Below are positions 40,060-49,677 of a DNA stretch of 64,000 nucleotides, piece after piece. Both the position numbers and the translations under genes were made by a program. Positions within the stretch are counted from its first letter, which is position 1; each line of letters opens with the position of its first letter. A model generated the notes under the pieces. It worked only from the letters and a program-made list of their open reading frames with translations. It searched no databases and was not told where the DNA came from. Source of the DNA: Minisyncoccia bacterium (GTDB taxonomy: Bacteria > Patescibacteriota > Minisyncoccia > Phycocordibacterales > CAIZLB01); NCBI GenBank assembly GCA_041752275.1, contig JBGSHK010000012.1, positions 18,346-82,345 of the forward strand, in the 5' to 3' direction.

Positions 40060-41037
40060 ATGCCTAATACATTAGAGAACGCTCCAGCACAAAATACTAA
40101 TTTAGATTTAAAAGAATTAGATAATCATGTTACAGAAGAAGAAATTGATCAAGTCGAAGGTTTCTTAAATGATTTTGAAAAAAATTCTAATGTTGTAACA
40201 GAAGAAGATATTAATGAGGTCGAATCATTTCTAGACGATTTTGAGTCTAAAACAAAGGAAGATGAAGGCTCTATATCAGAGAAAAAATCTGAGCTTGTGG
40301 AAAGCGGAATTGAAAATAAACCCCTGAAAGAGACCGAGCAATTTTTATTGGATTTGGAAAATCCTGAAGACTTTATGCATGAGATTCAGTCACTCGATGA
40401 GGATAAGCTAGAGTTTTTAGTTAATTGTATAAATGAAAATAATTCATCCGCCATAGAAAGTTTTGTTTCTAACCCGTCTAATTTCTGGGACGCATTAGAA
40501 GAGGCTTTGTCTTTAACAAAGCCCGATAATGGTGTCATGTATAGAAATCTAAAATCTGATTTAACTGATAAGGATTTTGACAATAAGGAATCAGTTGTAG
40601 GAAAAGAAACGTTTGAAAAATTTGATGATGCAAAAGGTCTGGTCTACCACAAAGATAAAAATAACAAGCTGGCACAGCCACAGATCCTGCTTAATTTTTA
40701 TAATGGCAAATGGAATCTTATAAGCAGTGTTACCAATCTTGATGGAGGTTCAACTCCTGGTCAGGATATAGAATCGTACTCTGCTGATATTGCTGGAGTT
40801 GAAGTTGAGTCAGGTGATGAGATTGATAATGACAAGGCTACTAGAGTTGTAAACATAGGTGCTGATACAATAAATCAAGAAATTACAACGCACTATCTTT
40901 TGGCGGAAGCAGAGAAAATGGTAATACCTAAAGAACATTTTTCTTGGTTTGCATTAGATCAAATCGAGTATCTTAATTTGGATGATAAAGCCAGAGAGAT
41001 TATTACTAAGGCGACAGAATTTTTGACTAAAGAATAA
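40060..41037 (+). CDS. hypothetical highly acidic protein with N-terminal tandem repeat
   Basis: Repeat TEEEIDQVEGFLNDFEKNSNVV / TEEDINEVESFLDDFESKTKED. Overall pI is clearly acidic. Confidence 0.45.
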   Translation: MPNTLENAPAQNTNLDLKELDNHVTEEEIDQVEGFLNDFEKNSNVVTEEDINEVESFLDDFESKTKEDEGSISEKKSELVESGIENKPLKETEQFLLDLENPEDFMHEIQSLDEDKLEFLVNCINENNSSAIESFVSNPSNFWDALEEALSLTKPDNGVMYRNLKSDLTDKDFDNKESVVGKETFEKFDDAKGLVYHKDKNNKLAQPQILLNFYNGKWNLISSVTNLDGGSTPGQDIESYSADIAGVEVESGDEIDNDKATRVVNIGADTINQEITTHYLLAEAEKMVIPKEHFSWFALDQIEYLNLDDKAREIITKATEFLTKE

Positions 41038-41056
41038 TTATTATATAATTCTAATT

Positions 41057-41704
41057 ATGGAAAGATCAGATATTGAATCATTGGGGGATAGAAAATCCTT
41101 TAAAGACATGTATAAAGAACTTGATGCAGAAACAAAAGATCTTGTAGACAAGCAGGTGTACAATACTTTCAATGCATATGTAAAAAGACTGAGGTTGTCT
41201 ACAGAAGACTTAACAAAGTCGATATTGGATGTTGGTACGGGCGGCGGGGGTTTTATATATTACTTAAGGGAGTATTTAAATAATGATAAAGCATATGGAA
41301 TAGATAAGAAAACAAAAGAAGGTAATAAGTGTGATGACGACTTTATTATAGTCGGTGACGCTCTTGAATTACCGTTTGAAAATGAGTCGTTTGAGATCGT
41401 TGTATCAAAACATTGTATACCTCAGTTTCTATCAGATGAAATAAAAATGTTTAAATCAATAAATGAGCTTATTAGAGTCGCCAAAAAAGGTGGAAAAATT
41501 GTGGCTGATATCTCTTCACCTGAAGCTGAATCAGAATATCTTGAAGATACAGATAATCAACAAAAAAATAAAACACGTTATGAAAATTCGATTAAATTGC
41601 AGGACTATATTAATGCGTTAAATCCTGATGAATATCAAGTATCTTTTGTAAATTTAATTGATGGTTCATTGCACAAGGTTGTGGCAATTGAAAAATTAGT
41701 ATAG
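41057..41704 (+). CDS. class I SAM-dependent methyltransferase
   Basis: Motif I ILDVGTGGGGF. Acidic post-I residue and motif II. Confidence 0.7.
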   Translation: MERSDIESLGDRKSFKDMYKELDAETKDLVDKQVYNTFNAYVKRLRLSTEDLTKSILDVGTGGGGFIYYLREYLNNDKAYGIDKKTKEGNKCDDDFIIVGDALELPFENESFEIVVSKHCIPQFLSDEIKMFKSINELIRVAKKGGKIVADISSPEAESEYLEDTDNQQKNKTRYENSIKLQDYINALNPDEYQVSFVNLIDGSLHKVVAIEKLV

Positions 41705-41734
41705 ATAATTATCTTACTTAAAATCAACCCTTCT

Positions 41735-41759
41735 CGAGAGCTCGAACTAGCTCTCTCTT
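41735..41759 (+). terminator. terminator hairpin
   Basis: Stem GAGAGCT/AGCTCTC with a 6-nt loop, then TCTTT. Confidence 0.4.
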
Positions 41760-41791
41760 TGGTGACCCCACGGACTTTGGTGACCCCACGG
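41757..41791. repeat. tandem direct duplication (17 nt x2) of the tRNA-Glu 3' end
   Basis: TTTGGTGACCCCACGGA occurs twice in tandem. The second copy runs into the intact tRNA. Confidence 0.7.
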
Positions 41792-41851
41792 AGAGTCGAA
41801 CTCCGCTTAACAGATTGAAAACCTGCTGTCCTAACCGATAGACGATGGGGC
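41777..41851 (-). tRNA. tRNA-Glu(UUC)
   Basis: Reverse complement folds. Acceptor GGCCCCA/TGGGGTC, D-loop with GG, anticodon loop UUUUCAA, T-arm CGGAG-TTCGACT-CTCCG, CCA encoded. Confidence 0.8.
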
Positions 41852-41887
41852 CTTATTTATCTGTTGTATTATAACAACAAATGAGAT

Positions 41888-42241
41888 TTAAAGCAAATTA
41901 TTATCTTTCTTAATTTTCATAAGTTTAGAAATTACTTGCTCAAACCTTTCAATCTCTTTTTCTATTTTTGTTATTTCTAATTTTGAGTTAAAATCTTTTT
42001 TGCCCGATAATTCTATTTTTCTTTTTAAATGCTTTAAAGTATTGACACTTAATTTGGATGTTTCTATTAAGTTGTTTATGTTTTGGTCCAGTAAAGCGTG
42101 TTCTTTTGCCAAATTCTCTTGTTCAGAGACTATTTCATCATCTGATATGCTTTCTATAGGTTCTTCCATATGATCATTCCAAACATCTGCATGATTTTCA
42201 TGTAAGCTGCCTTTATTAAAGTTTTGGTCAAAATTTATCAT
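41888..42241 (-). CDS. hypothetical coiled-coil protein
   Basis: 117-aa ORF. Confidence 0.4.
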   Translation of the reverse strand: MINFDQNFNKGSLHENHADVWNDHMEEPIESISDDEIVSEQENLAKEHALLDQNINNLIETSKLSVNTLKHLKRKIELSGKKDFNSKLEITKIEKEIERFEQVISKLMKIKKDNNLL

Positions 42242-42316
42242 ATAAATTAAATAATACTATCAAAAGCCATATAAAACTATTTGCCTCTCATAAAACTTTA
42301 TGCTATATTATTGAGC

Positions 42317-42622
42317 ATGTTAAACATAAGATTACAAAGAGTTGGGAGAAAAAACGACCCATCATTTAGACTAGTATTAATAAACTCAAAGTATGCCGCA
42401 AGAAGTGGTAAGGCTATTGAAGTACTTGGTTCTGTTGATTTTCGTAAAAAAACTATAGATAAAACAACTTTTAAGGCTGATAAGATTAAAGCTTTCATCA
42501 AAGATGGTGCACAGGTGTCACCGACAGTTCACAATCTATTTGTAAGTGCTGGTATTTTAGAAGGTAAAAAGAAAAACGTTTTACCTAAAAAAACTCCTCA
42601 GAAAAAAGAAGAGAAGAAATAA
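42317..42622 (+). CDS. rpsP: 30S ribosomal protein S16 with Lys-rich C-terminal tail
   Basis: MLNIRLQRVGRKNDPSFRLVL matches the S16 N-terminus. Start set to the ATG at 42317. Confidence 0.85.
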   Translation: MLNIRLQRVGRKNDPSFRLVLINSKYAARSGKAIEVLGSVDFRKKTIDKTTFKADKIKAFIKDGAQVSPTVHNLFVSAGILEGKKKNVLPKKTPQKKEEKK

Positions 42623-42712
42623 TATTCATAACAAAAACAGCGATACTATACATTCAGCTGTTTTTTGTTATAATATAATCATTACCAATAATCAGTAATC
42701 AAAAACAAACAT

Positions 42713-42976
42713 ATGGAACAAATAGACGACACACAATTTCTTTTAAATATAATAAAACCTCTTGTTGAAGATCAGGAAAATATTAAAGTTATTAGAACTG
42801 TAGATGAGATGGGAGTTTTGTTGACTTTAGAGGTTAACAAAAACGACATGGGTAAAATCATAGGTCGTGAAGGTTCTACAGCTAAAGCGATAAGAACATT
42901 GCTTAGAGTTTTTGGTATGAAAAATAATTCTAGATTAAATCTAAAGATCAACGAGCCAGCTGAGAATGCTCAATAA
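42713..42976 (+). CDS. KH-domain RNA-binding protein (YlqC/UPF0109)
   Basis: GKIIGREGSTAKAIRTLL KH motif. Conserved position next to rpsP. Confidence 0.75.
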   Translation: MEQIDDTQFLLNIIKPLVEDQENIKVIRTVDEMGVLLTLEVNKNDMGKIIGREGSTAKAIRTLLRVFGMKNNSRLNLKINEPAENAQ

Positions 42977-42983
42977 AAAGACG

Positions 42984-43013
42984 CCTGTCCAAGAAATGAC
43001 AGGCTCTTTTTTG
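42984..43013 (+). terminator. rho-independent terminator with CAAGAAAT loop
   Basis: Stem GCCTGTC/GACAGGC, loop CAAGAAAT, then TCTTTTTT. Near-identical to the hairpin at 19694. Confidence 0.7.
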
Positions 43014-43110
43014 TTCAGGTTTGATCCCTAAAACCACACCAAATAAAAACTCATTCTTTGTTTGAATGATGTTTTTATTTGGTGTGGATTGTGATATAGT
43101 TACTTAAAAT

Positions 43111-44193
43111 ATGATATTCAACTTTTTAAACAAAATTTCCTCAAATAAGATCTCAAATTTAAAAAAAGGTCAAAATGTTGGTATAGATTTAGGTACTGCA
43201 AATACTCTTGTATATGTTGAAGGTAAAGGTGTTGTTATAAATGAACCTTCTGTTGTTGCTATAAATCAAAAGACAAATCAAGTTGTCGCTGTTGGAAATC
43301 AAGCTAAGATTATGCTTGGAAAAACACCTAGTCATATATCCGCAATACGTCCCCTGGTTGACGGTGTTATCTCTGATTTTGAAGTAACTGAAGAAATGCT
43401 TTCTTATTTTATAAAAAAAACGGCAGAAATATTAAAAGTATCTTATTTACAATCCGTTGTTATAGGTGTTCCTTATGGGGTTACAAATGTTGAGCGACGT
43501 GCCGTACGTGATGCTGCTTACAATGCTGGAGCCAGATATGTTTTTATCATAGAAGAACCTATTGCAGCAGCTGTAGGTATAGGTATTTCCATAAAAGAAG
43601 CGGAAGGAAATATGGTAATAGATATTGGTGGAGGTACAACTGATATAGCCATCATGTCTTTGAGTGGTATTGTTCGCGGTAAAAATCTAAAAGTGGCAGG
43701 AGATAGATTTAACACAGATATTATTTCTTATATAAGAAATGAGTTTAAAGTTTTAGTTGGAGAGAAAAGTGCTGAACAATTAAAAATAGAGCTTTCAAAC
43801 ATAATACCTTCAGATCCTGTTCGAGAGTCAAACATAAGAGGGAGAGATCTAGTTACAGGTTTACCTAAAGAAGTTACTGTTACTGAAGAAGATATACATG
43901 ATGCAATACATTTGTCTGCCGATTCTCTTTTTGAATCAGTAAAAGAAGTTTTAGAGTCAACTCCACCAGAAGTTGTTTCCGACATAATGCAAAATGGTAT
44001 TTATTTAACAGGTGGAGGGGCTCTTATAAAAGGCTTTGATGAGGCTTTGTCAGAATATCTTGGTATAAAAGTTTATGTAGCCGAAGATCCCTTAACTGCT
44101 GTTGTTCGAGGTACAGGACTTATTGCTGCAAATATAGATTATTATAAAGATATAATTATAGAAAATGAAGATGAATTATCAATCAGGAGATAA
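43111..44193 (+). CDS. mreB: rod shape-determining protein MreB
   Basis: GIDLGTANT phosphate-1 motif. Actin-fold motifs throughout. 360 aa. Confidence 0.9.
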   Translation: MIFNFLNKISSNKISNLKKGQNVGIDLGTANTLVYVEGKGVVINEPSVVAINQKTNQVVAVGNQAKIMLGKTPSHISAIRPLVDGVISDFEVTEEMLSYFIKKTAEILKVSYLQSVVIGVPYGVTNVERRAVRDAAYNAGARYVFIIEEPIAAAVGIGISIKEAEGNMVIDIGGGTTDIAIMSLSGIVRGKNLKVAGDRFNTDIISYIRNEFKVLVGEKSAEQLKIELSNIIPSDPVRESNIRGRDLVTGLPKEVTVTEEDIHDAIHLSADSLFESVKEVLESTPPEVVSDIMQNGIYLTGGGALIKGFDEALSEYLGIKVYVAEDPLTAVVRGTGLIAANIDYYKDIIIENEDELSIRR

Positions 44194-44989
44194 ATTAAAA
44201 AATAGATATTTGTCAAACGATGCTTTTACAAGTTTAAAAAATAAACTTGGAGGTAGAAGTATTACAAGTCTTGGAAATAATAGAAAAAGAAATGGATATA
44301 AAATTGTAAATCAAGGCATGAGTCTTTTTGAATATAGAAATATTTTTTATAAAACATTATTGATCATTTTATTAATTATTATTTGTATATACACAATACC
44401 TCAAACAAGATATTTTCTGCATGGTTATGTAGCACAGAGTTTAAGTAGTCAAGGTGAAAATACTGCCTTGAATATGTCTATTGCCACCGATGATTCATAT
44501 GACATTGCTCCTGTTTTTTTAAAAACAGATCAATTTTTAGCAAAGCAAAAAGAAAATTACATATCTGATGGATTATATGTTTATGATTTTATAAGTAAAA
44601 ATATTATTGGCACAACTTTAGAAAATTCTTCTTCAACTATAAAAATAAAATTATTTTCAGATTCTGGATATAAAAATAATTTTTTAATAGAGCAAGAAAA
44701 TGTTATAAATATTGCAACAACTTCTTCAAGTACAGAAATAGTACAAGAGTTTGGTAATACTTATGAATCACATGTTTTTGAAGGCTTAGGTTATGGGCAA
44801 ATTGTCGCAAAGGTTCCACCAAAAACTGTTGTTAAAAAAGATTCTTATCTATATGTTAGGACGTTGGATGGATTAAAACCTTTTGCTAAAATTATAAATG
44901 TGGATGAAGATAATAAATCAACTTTTACCATAATATATGCACAACTTTTAATTTCCCCTCAAAATGTATATAAAGTTATTTTTAAATAA
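44165..44989 (+). CDS. membrane protein, possibly a divergent MreC
   Basis: Position directly after mreB and before PBP2. TM helix then beta-rich domain. The true start is probably the ATG near 44318. Confidence 0.35.
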   Translation: MKMNYQSGDKLKNRYLSNDAFTSLKNKLGGRSITSLGNNRKRNGYKIVNQGMSLFEYRNIFYKTLLIILLIIICIYTIPQTRYFLHGYVAQSLSSQGENTALNMSIATDDSYDIAPVFLKTDQFLAKQKENYISDGLYVYDFISKNIIGTTLENSSSTIKIKLFSDSGYKNNFLIEQENVINIATTSSSTEIVQEFGNTYESHVFEGLGYGQIVAKVPPKTVVKKDSYLYVRTLDGLKPFAKIINVDEDNKSTFTIIYAQLLISPQNVYKVIFK

Positions 44990-45008
44990 AATTTTTAAAT
45001 AAAATTAA

Positions 45009-46778
45009 ATGATAAAAAATAGAAAAGATATATCACCTGAAGATATACTTATTGATCAATTAAATTTACCTTCTTTTGATTATAGTCAACTTGAAGGAAG
45101 AATAGTTAAACCTATTCCAAACTATATATTTTACATAATAATATTTATAGTAATTTTATTTTTCACTTTGTTTTTTATCAGTTCATACAACCTTCAAATA
45201 GTTAAAGGTGATTATTATGAAAATAAAGCTGAAAATAATCGTTTCGATACAACACCTATTTTTGCATCACGGGGTATTATATATGACAGAAATAAAATAC
45301 CTTTAGCTTGGAATGAAAATACAGCTACTACAACAACAGCCTTATCAACTGAAAATACTCAAATTAGAAAATATAAAAATTCTGATGGTATAGGGAATCT
45401 TTTAGGTTATATAAAATTTCCCAAAAAAGATAAAAATGGATTTTATATAAATAAAGAAGTTGAGACTATAGGTGGTATAGAAAAATATTATAATAATACA
45501 TTAAACGGTAAACCTGGTTTTTTTTATTCTGAAACAGATTCTTTGGGAAATTTAATTTCTCAGAATATTGTTGATTTACCCTCCAACGGAGATGATTTAT
45601 ATCTAACAATAGATTATGAAATACAATCAGCTTTGTTTAAAACTTTTCAAAAAGCAGAAAAGGAAAGTAATTATAATGGAGGTGTAGCTTTAATAACAGA
45701 TCTTAGAGACGGATCTATACTTGCTGCCGTCACATATCCTGATTTTGATGCAAATACTATGTCTATTGGAACAGATGTTGAAAAAATATCATCATATATA
45801 AATGATGTAAGAAGTGTTTTTTTAAACAGATATACGGATGGATTATATGCACCAGGTTCTATTATTAAACCTGTGTTTGCCTTGGCTGGTTTAAATGAAG
45901 GTGTTATAAACCCAAGAGAGAAAATATTATCTACAGGTAGACTTGTTGTGCCAAATCCGTATAGCCCAGGTAATGACACTGTGTTTAAAGACTGGAAAGC
46001 TCACGGCTACACTGATGTTAGAGAAGCTATAGCTGTATCATCTGACGTTTATTTTTATACCATAGGCGGAGGTGTTCCTGATCGTAAAGGTTTAGGTATA
46101 ACAAAACTTAATGAATATTCTAAATATTTTGGATTGGATAAAGTATATGAAAATAGTTTTTTTAAAACAAAAACATCTGTTATACCAAATCCTGAATGGA
46201 AACTCAAAGCTTTTGATGGTGATATATGGAGATTGGGAGACACATATAACTCATCCATTGGTCAATATGGTTTTTCTGTATCACCCATACAAACTCTTGG
46301 TATGACTATGATGTTGGCAAAAGATGCAAAAAATGTACCCGAATTAAAAATAAATACAGCTGATCAAACTAAATATATTTCTATTCCTGATAAATTAAAA
46401 AAAATAAATCCTGAATATTATAAAGAAATATCGGAAGGTATGAGACTAACTGTAACAGCTGGTACAGCACAATCTCTAAACTTTGAAGGTTTGAAGCTTG
46501 CAGGAAAAACAGGGACAGCTCAAACAGGAAATAGGAATCAATTTATAAACTCATGGTTTGTTGGTTTTTGGCCATATACTGATCCAAAATATGCCATAGT
46601 ATATATGTTGGAAAAAGGTCCATATACCAACACAAGAGGTGCTGCGTCATATTTAAGAGAATTTTTACAGCAATGTGCGATTTATCAATGTGATTTTGAA
46701 AATAAAGACAATAAAGATATACCGGCCGCCTTACCAAAATCGACTACAACTATAAATGAAATAGAAATAGAAACATAA
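45009..46778 (+). CDS. mrdA: penicillin-binding protein 2 (peptidoglycan D,D-transpeptidase)
   Basis: SxxK (GSIIKP), SxN (SSD) and KTG (KTGTA) motifs. N-terminal TM and dimerisation domain. Confidence 0.85.
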   Translation: MIKNRKDISPEDILIDQLNLPSFDYSQLEGRIVKPIPNYIFYIIIFIVILFFTLFFISSYNLQIVKGDYYENKAENNRFDTTPIFASRGIIYDRNKIPLAWNENTATTTTALSTENTQIRKYKNSDGIGNLLGYIKFPKKDKNGFYINKEVETIGGIEKYYNNTLNGKPGFFYSETDSLGNLISQNIVDLPSNGDDLYLTIDYEIQSALFKTFQKAEKESNYNGGVALITDLRDGSILAAVTYPDFDANTMSIGTDVEKISSYINDVRSVFLNRYTDGLYAPGSIIKPVFALAGLNEGVINPREKILSTGRLVVPNPYSPGNDTVFKDWKAHGYTDVREAIAVSSDVYFYTIGGGVPDRKGLGITKLNEYSKYFGLDKVYENSFFKTKTSVIPNPEWKLKAFDGDIWRLGDTYNSSIGQYGFSVSPIQTLGMTMMLAKDAKNVPELKINTADQTKYISIPDKLKKINPEYYKEISEGMRLTVTAGTAQSLNFEGLKLAGKTGTAQTGNRNQFINSWFVGFWPYTDPKYAIVYMLEKGPYTNTRGAASYLREFLQQCAIYQCDFENKDNKDIPAALPKSTTTINEIEIET

Positions 46779-46786
46779 AAAATAAT

Positions 46787-47980
46787 ATGAAACGAGACGA
46801 TTTCAAAAAAATAAAAATAGAAGAAGTCCCGGGAGTTTACTTTTTTCAAAAAGGAAAAGATATTTTGTATATTGGTAAGGCAGCATCTTTAAAAGAAAGA
46901 GTAAAGAGTTATTTTTCATCTGATCTTATAAAAACACGAGGCATGTTTTTGGTGGATATGGTGGCGAAAGCGGACAATATAAAATTTCAAAAAACTAACT
47001 CTGTACTCGAAGCACTTCTTTTAGAGACTGAACTCATAAAGAAAAATAAGCCGTATTATAACACTAAAGAAAAAGATGATAAAAGTTATTCTTATGTACA
47101 AATAACAGAAGATGATTTTCCTATTGTGCAAATAATTCGTGGTAAAGATCTTACTGATGCCCAAAAAAAATCAGATAGTTTCTTCGGTCCTTTTACCTCA
47201 ACTGTACAACTTCGTGCCGCTCTTAAAATAGTACGTAAACTTTTTCCATATAGAGATGAAAAATGTCTTGTTGGAAAAAATAAACCCTGCTTTAACTTGC
47301 AGTTAGGTTTGTGTCCAGGAACTTGTGTTGATGCCATATCTATCAAAGAGTATAAAAAACAAATAGAGAAAATAAAATTATTTTTATCAGGAAATACAGA
47401 TAAGGTACTGAAGATTTTACAAAAAGATATGTTGGACTTAGCAAAGAAAAAAGAGTTTGAACAAGCTGCATTTGTACGAAATAAAATATACGCTTTAAAT
47501 CATATAAATGATATTTCTCTTATGAACAGAGAACAGTCAGAAAATGATGTGCGTATAGAAGCATATGATATAGCACATATGTCTGGTAAAAACATGATAG
47601 GTGTTATGGTTGTTATGTTAAACGGTCAGTTCTTAAAACATGAATATAAAAAGTTTATCATAAAGGGACAAGAAAATGCTGACGACGGCAAAGCTTTGTT
47701 TGAAGTTTTAACACGTCGCTTTAAACATACAGAATGGCAAAAGCCAAATCTTATAGTAACTGACGGAAATAAAGTTCAACTAGGTATAGCACAGCACTTT
47801 TTTAAAGATGCAGTTTCTATAGTAAAAGACGATAAGCATAGAGCTAGGGAAGTGTTGAATAAAGAAGTTTTAAAAGAGAAAAACATAAAAGAAGAAGAGA
47901 TAATAAAAATAAATGCAGAAGCGCATAGATTTGCAATAAAGTTTTTTAGAGAGAAGTTGAGAAAGAGTGCTTTGTTATAG
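46787..47980 (+). CDS. uvrC: excinuclease ABC subunit C, short form (GIY-YIG + UvrBC-interaction + RNaseH-like domains, no HhH)
   Basis: GIY-YIG PGVYFFQKGKDILYIGKA, Cys cluster, AYDIAHMSGKNMIGVMVV endonuclease region. Confidence 0.65.
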   Translation: MKRDDFKKIKIEEVPGVYFFQKGKDILYIGKAASLKERVKSYFSSDLIKTRGMFLVDMVAKADNIKFQKTNSVLEALLLETELIKKNKPYYNTKEKDDKSYSYVQITEDDFPIVQIIRGKDLTDAQKKSDSFFGPFTSTVQLRAALKIVRKLFPYRDEKCLVGKNKPCFNLQLGLCPGTCVDAISIKEYKKQIEKIKLFLSGNTDKVLKILQKDMLDLAKKKEFEQAAFVRNKIYALNHINDISLMNREQSENDVRIEAYDIAHMSGKNMIGVMVVMLNGQFLKHEYKKFIIKGQENADDGKALFEVLTRRFKHTEWQKPNLIVTDGNKVQLGIAQHFFKDAVSIVKDDKHRAREVLNKEVLKEKNIKEEEIIKINAEAHRFAIKFFREKLRKSALL

Positions 47981-48012
47981 TAAAAAAAACACAACCACGA
48001 TATAATAAAACC

Positions 48013-48981
48013 ATGCAAAAGTTTCTATTTATTAAACCAGCACATATAGAAGATGAACAAGTCAGATATCATACAAGTGAAGATATTTTATCTTTAGAAC
48101 AAACTCTTATAAAAATATATAAAGATATAAATATAGATATATGTGCAGTAACATTAGATGATGATTGGCTTATACAGGGCAGAAACATAACTCCAGAAGT
48201 TAAACTTAAAACTTATGATAGGGTTTTTGTATTTGTTCACAATATTGACAAGACTATTGACAACATAAATTCCATTTTAAAAATATTTTCTCATAAGTAC
48301 ACACATCTTTACAAAGCAGAAGACGAGATATTTCACAATGCAGAAAAACTAGAAAGTTTAATAAAAATAAACAATACAGCTGGTTTTAAAATAAAATTTC
48401 CACATCAAATACATATCAATGCACGTGAGTGTAATGACAATGCAATAACTACCGGAGAAATAGTTTCAAAACATATAAGGCATTTGTTTTTACCAATACA
48501 TACTTTAGAGACAAAACATTCAAAACATAAAAATCATAAAAATATAAATCTTTCATACAATGCATTGGAGTTTATGGAAAATATAGACATATTCAGGCAT
48601 AAGTTTGATGACTTAACATTCAGAGAGTATATAGAAGGAGAACATGTTTATATAACAGTTATACCAGATTTTAAAGGTCAAGATTTTTATACAGGTATAC
48701 CGTTGGTTTTAAAAAACGTTAATGGTGTAGAAATTTTTGACATTGCCAATCTTTCTTTCTTGGAAAAAGAAGGAGTAAAAAATGTAGCTATAAATATTTC
48801 CAAAATATCTTTTCATAATCAGCCTGTGGTGTATAAACTTTCCGTTCACCCAAAAAGAGGGGTTTTTGTACAACATTCATCATCACTTTTAACATATCTT
48901 CTGTACTATCCTGACTTTGTATTTGAGACTGCGGGGTCTTTGGGTATAGATATTGAGGAATTTGTAGGGAAAATTTTTTAA
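48013..48981 (+). CDS. hypothetical protein
   Basis: 322-aa ORF. No motif recognised. Confidence 0.4.
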   Translation: MQKFLFIKPAHIEDEQVRYHTSEDILSLEQTLIKIYKDINIDICAVTLDDDWLIQGRNITPEVKLKTYDRVFVFVHNIDKTIDNINSILKIFSHKYTHLYKAEDEIFHNAEKLESLIKINNTAGFKIKFPHQIHINARECNDNAITTGEIVSKHIRHLFLPIHTLETKHSKHKNHKNINLSYNALEFMENIDIFRHKFDDLTFREYIEGEHVYITVIPDFKGQDFYTGIPLVLKNVNGVEIFDIANLSFLEKEGVKNVAINISKISFHNQPVVYKLSVHPKRGVFVQHSSSLLTYLLYYPDFVFETAGSLGIDIEEFVGKIF

Positions 48982-48983
48982 GT

Positions 48984-49072
48984 AAATTTATTTATTGCAT
49001 TCCGTTTCTGGTCCTCGGAGGTTTGTCTAGGACAAACACTCCTGCGGAGAAACTCATTCCATAAATAAATTT
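48984..49072. repeat. 89-nt palindromic intergenic element, copy 1
   Basis: Perfect 11-bp terminal inverted repeats AAATTTATTTA/TAAATAAATTT. Conserved core CGTTTCTGGTCCTCGG-GGTTTGTCTAGGACAAACAC-CTGCGGAGAAACTC. Confidence 0.8.
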
Positions 49073-49124
49073 AAGTAATCTGACTCTCGAAAAAACAATA
49101 AATCTATGCTAAAATACTCATTAT

Positions 49125-49676
49125 ATGTCATACAATTTTTCAAATTTTTCAAATAAGTCTAAATCAATAGAAACATGGTTACAAAATGAGTACCAAAACA
49201 TCAGAACTGGACGCGCATCAACGGCTTTTCTTGACCAGGTTCGTGTTGAATCTTACGGGGAAATGGTTCCTTTATCTAACGTCGCATCTATCGGTATAGA
49301 AGATGCAAAATGTATACGTGTATCACCTTGGGATTCTGGTCTTATAAAGGCAGTAGAAAAAGCAGTTATAGTAGCCGATCTTGGAGTATCAACATCAGTT
49401 GATGAAAAAGGTTTGCGTATTATTTTTCCAGACTTAACAGGGGAAAGAAGAATACAGTTAAACAAACAAGCAAAAGAAAAACTAGAGGAAGCAAAAGTCT
49501 CTCTAAGACAAGAAAGAAATGCTGTAAATGATGATATGAATACCCAAAAAAAAGATGGTTCCATGTCAGAAGATGAAGTTACAAGGGCAAAAAAAGAATT
49601 TGACAAACATATCGAAACAGCAACAGCTTCACTCGATGCATTATATACTAAAAAAGAAAAAGAAATATTAAACTAA
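49125..49676 (+). CDS. frr: ribosome recycling factor
   Basis: RRF pattern throughout, ending in the charged helix. Confidence 0.9.
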   Translation: MSYNFSNFSNKSKSIETWLQNEYQNIRTGRASTAFLDQVRVESYGEMVPLSNVASIGIEDAKCIRVSPWDSGLIKAVEKAVIVADLGVSTSVDEKGLRIIFPDLTGERRIQLNKQAKEKLEEAKVSLRQERNAVNDDMNTQKKDGSMSEDEVTRAKKEFDKHIETATASLDALYTKKEKEILN

Positions 49677-49677
49677 T

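Noticed and set aside
39907-40068. 53-aa lysine-rich ORF upstream of the acidic protein
   Set aside because: Composition is typical of random AT-rich sequence and it has no RBS or conservation evidence.
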